A stretch of DNA of 64,000 nt, taken from positions 1-64,000 of IMG/VR virus record IMGVR_UViG_3300027792_000013; one strand, 5' to 3'. The notes under the pieces were generated by a model. It saw only the letters and a list, made by a program, of their open reading frames with translations, was not told the DNA's origin and made no database searches. The translations under genes and the position numbers were made by a program. Positions 38,091 through 46,788 of this stretch are shown in pieces. Position 1 is the first letter of the stretch. Every line of letters begins with the position of its first letter. The DNA is from a virus.

Positions 38091-38966
38091 TCAACAAAAA
38101 AATTCATTAAGGCGTCCAGAAAGAACTTTTAAACTTTTTTGCTCAAAATATGCCATTACAGTAATTCTATCCTTTACAATATTTGAAGTCACATATTTAT
38201 GAATAATTGTGTTTTCAATGATTTGTGGAATTTTACTTAAATCAATTAACCTTCGGTTTCTATTCCAGTTTCTATAGAGATTTTCTGTTTTTAAAAAGTT
38301 TTCAATTCCCTCGATCATAATTTTTTCAACAGCTTTAGGACCCAAAGGTTTCTGTCGTTTTTCTGCGGTAACAAAAACATCGTCGTCACTTCGAACGTTG
38401 GGAACATCATCACCAGAATCACCCATTAAAATCTTTTTTTGCAAGTCAATCCAAGGATCATTAGATTTTGGAATTACTTTTTTCTCAATTGGATCATATT
38501 GCATTAAAAACCCAGGAAACAATTGTAACTGATAAAAATCAGCGTCCTTGCTGATAATGCAACATTTTTCTTTGTCTAATCGCTTTAAAAGAATTGCGAT
38601 AATATCATCACCTTCACATCTTTCAACTTTTATGTTATGAAAAGGAAAAATTTTTAGTTCTTCTGTCATTTCATCAATTAGTTTAAAGAATTTTTCAAAA
38701 TTAAGATCTTCCTGTTTTTCTCTTGATTTCGCCCTCCGAGCTTTGTAATACGGAAAAATTTCCTTTCTCCAACTTTTAGGAGAATCAAAACATAAAAAAA
38801 TTTGATTTCCTCTTACGTTGAATTTCTGTTTCAAATGTAATAGTTTTACTAAAATTGTATGTCTAAATAGATTTGATGAATCTTTGTCAGGTTCAACTTT
38901 GCTCAACTCATAAAAGTGACTCCAGTAAATATTTGACATATCTACTAATAGAATTGTTGGTTCCAT
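38091..38966 (-). CDS. rnh: RNase H / 5'-3' exonuclease (T4 rnh)
   Basis: SWRK..FPYYKA.R, EGDDII, S.DADF.QL, GDSGD.VPNV. Confidence 0.93.
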   Translation of the reverse strand: MEPTILLVDMSNIYWSHFYELSKVEPDKDSSNLFRHTILVKLLHLKQKFNVRGNQIFLCFDSPKSWRKEIFPYYKARRAKSREKQEDLNFEKFFKLIDEMTEELKIFPFHNIKVERCEGDDIIAILLKRLDKEKCCIISKDADFYQLQLFPGFLMQYDPIEKKVIPKSNDPWIDLQKKILMGDSGDDVPNVRSDDDVFVTAEKRQKPLGPKAVEKIMIEGIENFLKTENLYRNWNRNRRLIDLSKIPQIIENTIIHKYVTSNIVKDRITVMAYFEQKSLKVLSGRLNEFFC

Positions 38967-39343
38967 TATTCTTGCACCAAGATTATAATTCTTCTATTTC
39001 CCGAAATCCTAACGTCTTTTATTTCAACTTCTTTATTGTATAATATTTTAACTATTATTGTAATCAATCCTAAAAACTCTTTTTTGTTTTGAATAAAATA
39101 TTTTCGTCGGCCTTTCCACATTAATTTATACGAAATTAAATTATCTCTTACCCAAGTTTCGATATTCAATGCTGTATTTGCAAATATTCCTGGTAAAGCT
39201 CTTTGTATGAAGGCAATTGCCGAATCCAATTTTATTTTTTCTTCGTCGCTAACCGTTTTTTGTTTTTCTGTGATGAGATTGAATTTATTGACGTAGGGAT
39301 TGATAATTTCGAAAAGTGCCGAAATTTCTTCAATTTGTGACAT
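38966..39343 (-). CDS. Hypothetical protein
   Basis: GGAG RBS; 125 aa. Confidence 0.5.
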   Translation of the reverse strand: MSQIEEISALFEIINPYVNKFNLITEKQKTVSDEEKIKLDSAIAFIQRALPGIFANTALNIETWVRDNLISYKLMWKGRRKYFIQNKKEFLGLITIIVKILYNKEVEIKDVRISGNRRIIILVQE

Positions 39344-39482
39344 TTAATTTCTCCTTTTGAGTTAAAAAGTGAAGATTTAGAAACCGGAATTGAAATAAAA
39401 ATAACGTTTTTTATATTAAATGATAAATCTTTTAATGCTTTCCAGGATTCCTCTGGAATTTCTTGGGTGTCTTCAATGTACT

Positions 39483-39719
39483 TTATTTTTTCCATTTCCA
39501 TTTTAATTGATATTTTTCGCTTTTACTCGGGATTTCGGTAACTTGAAATAATGCCTCTTTTACAATCGAATTTAAAAAAGTTTCTCCAATTTTTCCAATA
39601 CATAAATCTTTTCGATTGTCTTCAACTACACGCATTATTTCTGGCATGATTTTTTCTGCTAAAACCATTCCACTTTTAGTTAATCCCCATTTTTTCCAAA
39701 TACAACCATTTTTTACCAT
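39483..39719 (-). CDS. Hypothetical protein
   Basis: Likely ATG at 39719, just downstream of a class II promoter. Confidence 0.45.
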   Translation of the reverse strand: MVKNGCIWKKWGLTKSGMVLAEKIMPEIMRVVEDNRKDLCIGKIGETFLNSIVKEALFQVTEIPSKSEKYQLKWKWKK

Positions 39720-39726
39720 TTCGTAT

Positions 39727-39755
39727 ATTATAAATGAAATCAAAGAAAAACTTTA
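39727..39755 (-). promoter_or_regulatory. Class II promoter TAAAGT-N17-TATAAT heading the rnh-primase run
   Basis: Exact motif and spacing. Confidence 0.6.
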
Positions 39756-40259
39756 TCTAATTTTTATAAAAATTCCGCCATGCCTAAAATAAAAAGACTT
39801 ATAAGGATAGAGATCTGCCCATATACGAACTTCTGGGTCAAATACTAAGTCTCTCCAATAACCTGTTTTATTTTTGAGTTCAACAATTTGATTGAATTCT
39901 TCTTCATTTTCGATTTCAAAAACTGGTTGATTATAATACAAACTGTCAGGAACTTTTAGTAATGGAATTGGGATCTCAAATTCATATGTTGGACAACTAA
40001 ACTCCTGAATCAATTCTGGTTTCCGTTGTTTCAATAGATCTTCAACTTGTTCTTTAAGATAATCTGATTCTGGTAGTTTTGCTCTAATCCAATGTTTCAA
40101 TGTACCAACAACGGCTTTCCAATACTTATCTTTGTCTTTTTCTGGAGACAATCCAAAATGTTCAGAAACAAATTTTTTAGCCGACTTCCAGTATTCTTCG
40201 GCTTTTTGTATTGTTATTCCAGATTTTTCAGCAAAACTTTTTAATGTTTCCAATGGCAT
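39753..40259 (-). CDS. Hypothetical protein, probably late/virion-associated
   Basis: GGAGG RBS; TATAAATA at 40277-40284. Confidence 0.55.
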   Translation of the reverse strand: MPLETLKSFAEKSGITIQKAEEYWKSAKKFVSEHFGLSPEKDKDKYWKAVVGTLKHWIRAKLPESDYLKEQVEDLLKQRKPELIQEFSCPTYEFEIPIPLLKVPDSLYYNQPVFEIENEEEFNQIVELKNKTGYWRDLVFDPEVRIWADLYPYKSFYFRHGGIFIKIR

Positions 40260-40276
40260 TTTTTACCTCCAATAAT

Positions 40277-40284
40277 TATTTATA
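40277..40284 (-). promoter_or_regulatory. Putative late promoter TATAAATA
   Basis: Overlaps the epimerase stop, just upstream of a GGAGG RBS. Confidence 0.5.
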
Positions 40285-41395
40285 TTCCACAAACGATTTT
40301 CTGAACGATAGAACTTACATCCGGAATTTTATATTCTATAGGTGGTTGGTTTATTGAGTTCATATTTTTGGCCACATTGATTGCTGCCGATATTTTTTCG
40401 TAATCACATCCAACTAAAATATTCGACCCACATTCAATTGTTTCTGGTCTTTCGGTAACATCTCGAATTGTTATGCAATGCTTTTCATATATACTCATCT
40501 CTTCACAAACGGTCCCAGAATCGCTAATTACAGCAACAGAATGCCTTACTAAACTATGAAATTCACCGAAATTTGGTGGGATAATGAAAACTAATTTTTT
40601 GCGATCTTCCATAGGAACATTCCTTCCAAGATTTTTAGCTAAATGTGGGTGTAAAGAAATAACTATGTCAATATTATGGTCAACTCGAATCCTATTAAAA
40701 ATCAAAATAAAATTAAATAGTCTATTGGGGTTATCGATATTTTCTGATCGGTGTAAAGTAACCAAAACATAAGGCCTTTTGATTTTATAAAGTTGTTGTA
40801 TTTCTGTTAGCTCTTCATCTAAATTCAATTCACTTTTTAAATAATGTCTCATGACTTCATAAATTGGATTACCGGTGACATAAATTCTGTTTAAAGGAAA
40901 TCCTTCTTTGATTAGATTCTCTTTTGATCTCTGAGTATAAGGCATCAAAACATCGCTGCAAGAATCAATAATTCTTCGATTGATTTCCTCTGGAACTCTA
41001 TCATCGAAGCATCGATTTCCTGCTTCTAAATGATAGGTTTTTATACCCATTCGTTTTGCTATGATAATACTCAAAGCACTATTTGTGTCTCCTAAAACCA
41101 AAAACTTGTCTGGTTTTTCTTTTTCGATGATCTTTTCTAGTTGGCAAAATATATCACTGATTCGATGAGATAAAGGTGAATCTTGTGTGGCTGTATTATA
41201 AAGTTCATAGTTTGGATTTCTGATGTTAAATTCCCTTATGAACTGTCTATTAAGTACTTCGGCATTGTTTTGTTTAGTGTTTACCAATAATTGTGTAACG
41301 CCGGGAAATTCATCAATTCTAGAAATAATTCTCGATAATCTAATAATTTCTGGCCGGGTACCAAACACGGTTAGAATTTTCATAATAGTTTCCAT
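40280..41395 (-). CDS. UDP-N-acetylhexosamine 2-epimerase (FnlC/QnlB/Cap5G type)
   Basis: GTRPEIIRLS, LGDTNS, HLEAGNRCFD.RVPEEINR, HR.EN.D, SDSGT..EE, TERPE. Confidence 0.9.
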   Translation of the reverse strand: METIMKILTVFGTRPEIIRLSRIISRIDEFPGVTQLLVNTKQNNAEVLNRQFIREFNIRNPNYELYNTATQDSPLSHRISDIFCQLEKIIEKEKPDKFLVLGDTNSALSIIIAKRMGIKTYHLEAGNRCFDDRVPEEINRRIIDSCSDVLMPYTQRSKENLIKEGFPLNRIYVTGNPIYEVMRHYLKSELNLDEELTEIQQLYKIKRPYVLVTLHRSENIDNPNRLFNFILIFNRIRVDHNIDIVISLHPHLAKNLGRNVPMEDRKKLVFIIPPNFGEFHSLVRHSVAVISDSGTVCEEMSIYEKHCITIRDVTERPETIECGSNILVGCDYEKISAAINVAKNMNSINQPPIEYKIPDVSSIVQKIVCGI

Positions 41396-42257
41396 ACTCC
41401 TCTATTAATTTTTCAATACTAGGAACATCAGAATATCCTAGTTTTTGCCATAGATCTAAATTGATTTGTTCATAATCAGTACTTAAAGTTCTATCAATGG
41501 TATCGACAACTGATACCTTTACTGTTATATCATTTCGTTTAAATACATTGCGAATGATATGAATTAATTCAAATTTTGTAACTATGTCTTTGGGAACAAT
41601 ATGTAACAAATTTGGTAAAACCAAATTATTACTGATAACAGCATCTAAGATTTTAGCAAAATGTAAAACAGTTATTCCATTCCAATAGTGAGTTACATAA
41701 CCATCTATTTGCCCACCAATAGGAATAGACAAAACATAACCCATCAAAGAATAATTGTTATTTGGTTCTATACCGACAATTGAACATCTTAAATTTTTGA
41801 AAAAATCATCTTGCACTTCCCCCAAACTTTTAGCTTTACCATATACAGAATGGGAGTCATGTTCTTTTGTTTCTATATAATAACCTAGACCTCCAGAAAA
41901 AACACAATCGGTAGCTATTTGAAATACAATCGAATTATTTTCTTCAGAGTATTTGGCTAATTTATGAGGAAATAATGCATTGATTTCAACCATACTAGAA
42001 ACATCACATTTACGTTGTGGGATTGCCCCGATACAATTTATAATGTAATCTTGTTTAGTAATTTTAAGATCTTCCAATCTGTCTTTTTTGGCATCAAAAA
42101 ACAATACACTAAAATCATATTCTTTTGTAAATTCAGAATTATATGAATCCTTCCTAATAGTAACAGTCAGATCATATTTTTTAGTTTTCAAAAAAATATC
42201 GGTTACACAAGCACCGAGCATTCCCGATGCCCCCAAAATCAATATTTTAGGTTTCAT
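41340..42257 (-). CDS. RmlD-like NDP-4-keto-sugar reductase (QnlA/WbvR type)
   Basis: LGASGMLG, INCIG, IN..FPH.LA, TDCVFSG, YG..K.LGE; no C-terminal cupin of Cap5F/FnlB. Confidence 0.85.
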   Translation of the reverse strand: MKPKILILGASGMLGACVTDIFLKTKKYDLTVTIRKDSYNSEFTKEYDFSVLFFDAKKDRLEDLKITKQDYIINCIGAIPQRKCDVSSMVEINALFPHKLAKYSEENNSIVFQIATDCVFSGGLGYYIETKEHDSHSVYGKAKSLGEVQDDFFKNLRCSIVGIEPNNNYSLMGYVLSIPIGGQIDGYVTHYWNGITVLHFAKILDAVISNNLVLPNLLHIVPKDIVTKFELIHIIRNVFKRNDITVKVSVVDTIDRTLSTDYEQINLDLWQKLGYSDVPSIEKLIEEYGNYYENSNRVWYPARNY

Positions 42258-43277
42258 TTAGATAATCCTATATTTTTTCAAATATAATTTTACTTCATCA
42301 TAGGTCATTAAATAGTTTTCTGATGAATATTCTTTTTGTAAACAATCAGTAATCTTTTTCTTTTGTAGTTCTGGAAGGTGAGGACCTATAACATAAAATC
42401 CTTTGAAACTAAATGTTCTATAACATTCGGATTCACTAACCAAAACTTCATGTATTTTTTCTCCTGGTCTAATTCCAGTGATTTTAATTTTTAATTTTTT
42501 ATTTTTCTCTTCAATAATAGAATTCGCAATATCTGTGATTTTTGCCGATTTAACAATGGGAATAAATGTTTCACCTCTATCACCTTGAGATAAGGCCATC
42601 ATTATTGTTTCTACTCCGAGTTCAAGCGGTAATAAAAATCTTGTCATATCCGGGGTTGTAATAGTCAAATCTTTGTTAGCTTCAACTTGATCCAGAAACA
42701 AAGGAATAACAGAACCTCTGGACGCAATCACATTTCCATAACGAACGCAAACAAATCTGGTGTCAGATAAAAGATTTGCTGAAATAAAAATTTTTTCTTG
42801 AATTGCCTTTGTCATACCCATTACATTTATAGGCTTAACTGCTTTATCGGTAATAACACCTATAACAGTTTTGACTGGCAATTTATGTTTTTGTATAACA
42901 TTTACAATATTTAATGGACCACCAATATTAGTTTTAATGGCTTCATCAACAAAATATTCACATGTCGGAACTTGTTTTAAAGCCGCGGCATTAATAACAA
43001 TATCCGAATTTCTAATGGCTTTAAGAACTGAATCCTCGTTTCTAATGTCGCCAATTTGAAACTCAAGAAATGAATTACCATCATAAATGATTTCATCTGT
43101 AGATTTATTCAAATTTTTGTAAGCTAATCTCATATTATGTTGTTTTAATTCATCTCGTGAAAACACAATAATTTTTTTGGGAATTCCGTACTTACCGGTT
43201 AAAATATTTTCCAATAGTTTTTGCCCTAAACTCCCGGTACCCCCAGTAATTGTAATCACTTGATTTTCTAAAATCAT
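42258..43277 (-). CDS. fnlA: UDP-GlcNAc 4,6-dehydratase/5-epimerase (FnlA/Cap5E type)
   Basis: TGGTGSLG, AALKQVP.CE, TDKAV.PIN.MG.TK (Met variant typical of FnlA), RYGNV.ASRGSVIPLF, GIRPGEK.HE. Confidence 0.85.
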   Translation of the reverse strand: MILENQVITITGGTGSLGQKLLENILTGKYGIPKKIIVFSRDELKQHNMRLAYKNLNKSTDEIIYDGNSFLEFQIGDIRNEDSVLKAIRNSDIVINAAALKQVPTCEYFVDEAIKTNIGGPLNIVNVIQKHKLPVKTVIGVITDKAVKPINVMGMTKAIQEKIFISANLLSDTRFVCVRYGNVIASRGSVIPLFLDQVEANKDLTITTPDMTRFLLPLELGVETIMMALSQGDRGETFIPIVKSAKITDIANSIIEEKNKKLKIKITGIRPGEKIHEVLVSESECYRTFSFKGFYVIGPHLPELQKKKITDCLQKEYSSENYLMTYDEVKLYLKKYRII

Positions 43278-44143
43278 TTTTCCTCTTTTTTTATTATATT
43301 ATTATATACTTCAGAACTTAATTTTCTCTTTCTAATATCATCAATATAATTATTGATAAATCCGTTGAATGTAAACCAACCAAAAAAATCTGTATCGTGA
43401 TGAAAACACCAATAAAGAAAATCATTATTAACATAACTAAGTCCAAAGTACTGAATAATTTTTGGATGGATTGGAGTCATCCACTGTGGTTTCATAATAA
43501 AATCATTGACAATATTTTTAGATAATTTTTTAAATCCAATATACTCTAAAATATTTTGTAACAAATCCAATTTATACTGAATAGATAAATGATTATATGT
43601 ATTAAAACAATATTGGGCAGTAAAATCGGTAAAAATGTTACTTAATTTAATATCACAAAAACTATCTATGTAATTAATTCTTTCTATGTCGGTTTTATAG
43701 ATATAATTAAGGACTTGTTCATCAAATTGTATTTCGTGTACTTTTTTAATAATTGTTTGATTGTCAAAATCCAAATTGTCATAAATAATATTTGTAATAT
43801 CTGAACCCAATCTATAGTTATATTCTCCAATTGATGACTTTCTTTGATATGGCCACAAACAATTAAATGTTGGGTATGGGTATGCAATTTTTTGCCCATT
43901 AATTTTTTGAATGTTTTCATTTAATAAAGCAGCTCGTTGATAAATCAAAAGATCACAGTTTTCCATTTCTTTATTTGATGGTACTGTATTAATGTATTTG
44001 TTTTCTGTTATAAAATATGGAACGATTTTATATTCTTTAACAAATGATTTGTGTTTTTTCAATAGATTGTAAAAATTAATTGCTAAGCAATGTCCCTCGA
44101 TTATACATATTTTTTTACTCATTTTTAAACCACCAATTTTCAC
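43274..44143 (-). CDS. WcbI-like polysaccharide biosynthesis protein (putative acetyltransferase)
   Basis: G.C near the N-terminus, F...WP, F.T.NH, PIHP.I..YFGL. Confidence 0.6.
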   Translation of the reverse strand: MKIGGLKMSKKICIIEGHCLAINFYNLLKKHKSFVKEYKIVPYFITENKYINTVPSNKEMENCDLLIYQRAALLNENIQKINGQKIAYPYPTFNCLWPYQRKSSIGEYNYRLGSDITNIIYDNLDFDNQTIIKKVHEIQFDEQVLNYIYKTDIERINYIDSFCDIKLSNIFTDFTAQYCFNTYNHLSIQYKLDLLQNILEYIGFKKLSKNIVNDFIMKPQWMTPIHPKIIQYFGLSYVNNDFLYWCFHHDTDFFGWFTFNGFINNYIDDIRKRKLSSEVYNNIIKKEEK

Positions 44144-44663
44144 CGGTCACATAAAATGGAATTTTCATATCATTAATTGCCATTTTAACACTTTCAATAC
44201 TATAATCATGCCCGGCAATAATTTTCAATTTTTTTGTTTTTTTGATAGCATTTTTAACATCTCGTATAACATCATTGAATTCATGAGATCCATCAATATA
44301 GAAAAAATCTATTGATTCATCGGGAATATAAACAATATCAAAAACTTCTAAACTGTTATAAACCACAGTAATAATATTTTTTTCTATGTCATAATTTTTT
44401 ATGTTTTGAAAAAATCGATTTTTTATTTCTAGTTCTTTTGCGGCTTTTTCTGTCGGTGGGTTACTTCCCTGAAATGTGTCAATACAAAAAACTCTAATAT
44501 TTTTTTGTTTAATTATATCAGCCACGGAACAAATTGATCGTCCCTCCCAACAACCAACTTCAATAGTTATAGAATAATTCGGTAAATTAGTATATTGTTT
44601 GCGATAAAACACAATATCATATGTATTAAACCAACCCCAAGGAAGTTCACTATTTTCGTTCAT
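44115..44663 (-). CDS. SAM-dependent O-methyltransferase (Methyltransf_24-like)
   Basis: EVGCWEGRS, IDTF.GS, YIDGSH....V..D, AGHDY. Confidence 0.85.
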   Translation of the reverse strand: MNENSELPWGWFNTYDIVFYRKQYTNLPNYSITIEVGCWEGRSICSVADIIKQKNIRVFCIDTFQGSNPPTEKAAKELEIKNRFFQNIKNYDIEKNIITVVYNSLEVFDIVYIPDESIDFFYIDGSHEFNDVIRDVKNAIKKTKKLKIIAGHDYSIESVKMAINDMKIPFYVTGENWWFKNE

Positions 44664-45582
44664 AATTCATACATGTTTTTTTGCAAATAGAATCATCGTT
44701 GTTTTTAATACAATTTCGCAACCTATTCAACTGCGGGCTATTATTCCAAATATCAACAAAACTATTGGTATTAATATTACCAACAACGAATCTACTCAAA
44801 AAACAACAAATCGCAACTTCACCTTCGGGAGCAATTGAAACCTCGGTCCAAGGAGAAATACAACTTGTAATTGGTTGCTTTACAATTTTTTCTGAAGTTC
44901 CCTCTGTTGGTCTCAAACTACCATAAATATCTATATTATATTTTTTAGCCAATTCATACGTCAAATTTAAAGTCTCCTTTTCTTTACTATCATATTTTAG
45001 TCCAAAACCTTCTGGATAAATATGTGATAATTCTAATATTGGTTCCTGTAATCGTACAACTTCAGCTCCGGTATTATGCGCATATTCTATGAATTTTGGC
45101 ATTTCCAAAAAATTGTAACGATTAACAATAACCGAAATTATTACATGATATGATCTTGGCTTTTTAACAAAACTTTCGTAGTTTCTAATAGTTTGTTCAA
45201 AGTTCCCTTGACCACCACTCAACATTATTTTGGTTTCCTTATCCAGTGAGTTCAGTGAAAAATTAATCCATTTAAGTGGAGAATCTCTCATAAGTTTTTG
45301 TTTTTCCACATCTAAATTTTCGCCAGTCGTAATAATACTATATTTTAACTTTCTGTCAATTAGCAACTGAATAATTTGATTAAAATTCGGATGTAAAAAA
45401 ACATCCCCATATCCACTTATATCAATATATTCTGTTTCCTCTGATTTAAAAGATCTAATAAAACTTTCTATTTTCTCAAAACTCAATAATATAGGTTTCA
45501 TATTTTTGTTATTACAAAAAATACATTTGTAACCACATGTAGTATTTGTACATAATGTTATACGAGATGGCATTTTAATCAT
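44650..45582 (-). CDS. Radical SAM/SPASM enzyme
   Basis: CGYKCIFC; C..PW....I...G.V..CC SPASM/twitch. Confidence 0.88.
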   Translation of the reverse strand: MIKMPSRITLCTNTTCGYKCIFCNNKNMKPILLSFEKIESFIRSFKSEETEYIDISGYGDVFLHPNFNQIIQLLIDRKLKYSIITTGENLDVEKQKLMRDSPLKWINFSLNSLDKETKIMLSGGQGNFEQTIRNYESFVKKPRSYHVIISVIVNRYNFLEMPKFIEYAHNTGAEVVRLQEPILELSHIYPEGFGLKYDSKEKETLNLTYELAKKYNIDIYGSLRPTEGTSEKIVKQPITSCISPWTEVSIAPEGEVAICCFLSRFVVGNINTNSFVDIWNNSPQLNRLRNCIKNNDDSICKKTCMNYERK

Positions 45583-46153
45583 AATATTCCTCCGATTTTA
45601 AAGTTGACCACATAATGAGATTTGATAAAAATCGAAATGATTTTTCTAATAGATGATCGGTTTGTAATACTGTTTCTCTTTTAAATAAACAGTCAAAATC
45701 GATCATAGTAAGTTTTGATTTATCTTCAGTGATAATAAAATTTCTTGGAGATGGATCTAAAATTACAATATTTCTATTATAAATTTCTGACAGAATTAGC
45801 ATCATTCTAGATAAAATCTCTCGTTTTTCTTCGAATTGAAACCATCCATTTTTTTCGGCATCATAAACACTAGAACCTTCTAAATACTCACTGAGTAAAT
45901 AGAATTTTTCGTTGTTCCACCAAAAATCGTAGATTTTTACAATATTTTCAATATCTTTAATTTTTGGATATATTTTTTTATATGGATTTGTATAAAGTTC
46001 ATAATTGATTTTACCGTTAATATTATCGTTTTCATCGGGGCTCATAATTTTTAAAGTGTACAATTCATAATTTTTTTCAACTAAGAAAATATTGGTTCTA
46101 TTTGTTTGTAGATTTGAATAAATATGCTTAATAATTTTATAATCCTTTACCAT
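45575..46153 (-). CDS. Protein-kinase-fold enzyme (putative glycan kinase)
   Basis: LK, SEYLEG hinge, D..PRNF catalytic loop, IDFD. Confidence 0.7.
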   Translation of the reverse strand: MVKDYKIIKHIYSNLQTNRTNIFLVEKNYELYTLKIMSPDENDNINGKINYELYTNPYKKIYPKIKDIENIVKIYDFWWNNEKFYLLSEYLEGSSVYDAEKNGWFQFEEKREILSRMMLILSEIYNRNIVILDPSPRNFIITEDKSKLTMIDFDCLFKRETVLQTDHLLEKSFRFLSNLIMWSTLKSEEYYD

Positions 46154-46788
46154 TTTCTCTCCAGTAAAAAAATCATTCTAGTTTCATTACTATGCATTCC
46201 CAAAAATACACCATAGAAAAAAGGAGTTAACCCCTCAAAGATTTTTTGGATGTTAAAGTTTTGTTTTTCTTCTGGCATATAATGATCGAACATAGTATTA
46301 CAGGAAATATCCTCCATTCCTACCGGTACCTCTAAAAACACTGATTTTGTTATTGTTGACAACTTTTCAAAAATCTTTGAATGGTTTTTATAATCTCTAT
46401 AAATATGATGATAAACACTACACATAATAACTAAATCAAATAATTCATCACTGTTATAATCAGTAAATGATTCAACTCGATATTCAATTGATTTACTGAA
46501 ATGTTCGGCAAAAATTTTGGCAGAATCGATAGAATCTTTTATGGTATCAATTCCAAGAATTCTCGTAGCGTATTTGGAAGATTCTAAACAATATAAACCA
46601 AAATTACAGCCTATATCAAATACACTACTTGGATTCAATTTTTCTAACACATGTCGTAAATGCCTGATTGTGTTACCGGCCTTTTGATCAATTTCGTAAC
46701 CACTTTCTGTAATTTTGAAATTTTGGTAAAAACTAATTCCATTTTTGTGTTTTTCGTCAATGATTTTTTGAAGTTGTTTAATTTCCAT
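46147..46788 (-). CDS. Class I methyltransferase, WbdD-N-like
   Basis: FDIGCNFG, GID, FDLVI..SVYHHI. Confidence 0.75.
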   Translation of the reverse strand: MEIKQLQKIIDEKHKNGISFYQNFKITESGYEIDQKAGNTIRHLRHVLEKLNPSSVFDIGCNFGLYCLESSKYATRILGIDTIKDSIDSAKIFAEHFSKSIEYRVESFTDYNSDELFDLVIMCSVYHHIYRDYKNHSKIFEKLSTITKSVFLEVPVGMEDISCNTMFDHYMPEEKQNFNIQKIFEGLTPFFYGVFLGMHSNETRMIFLLERKW

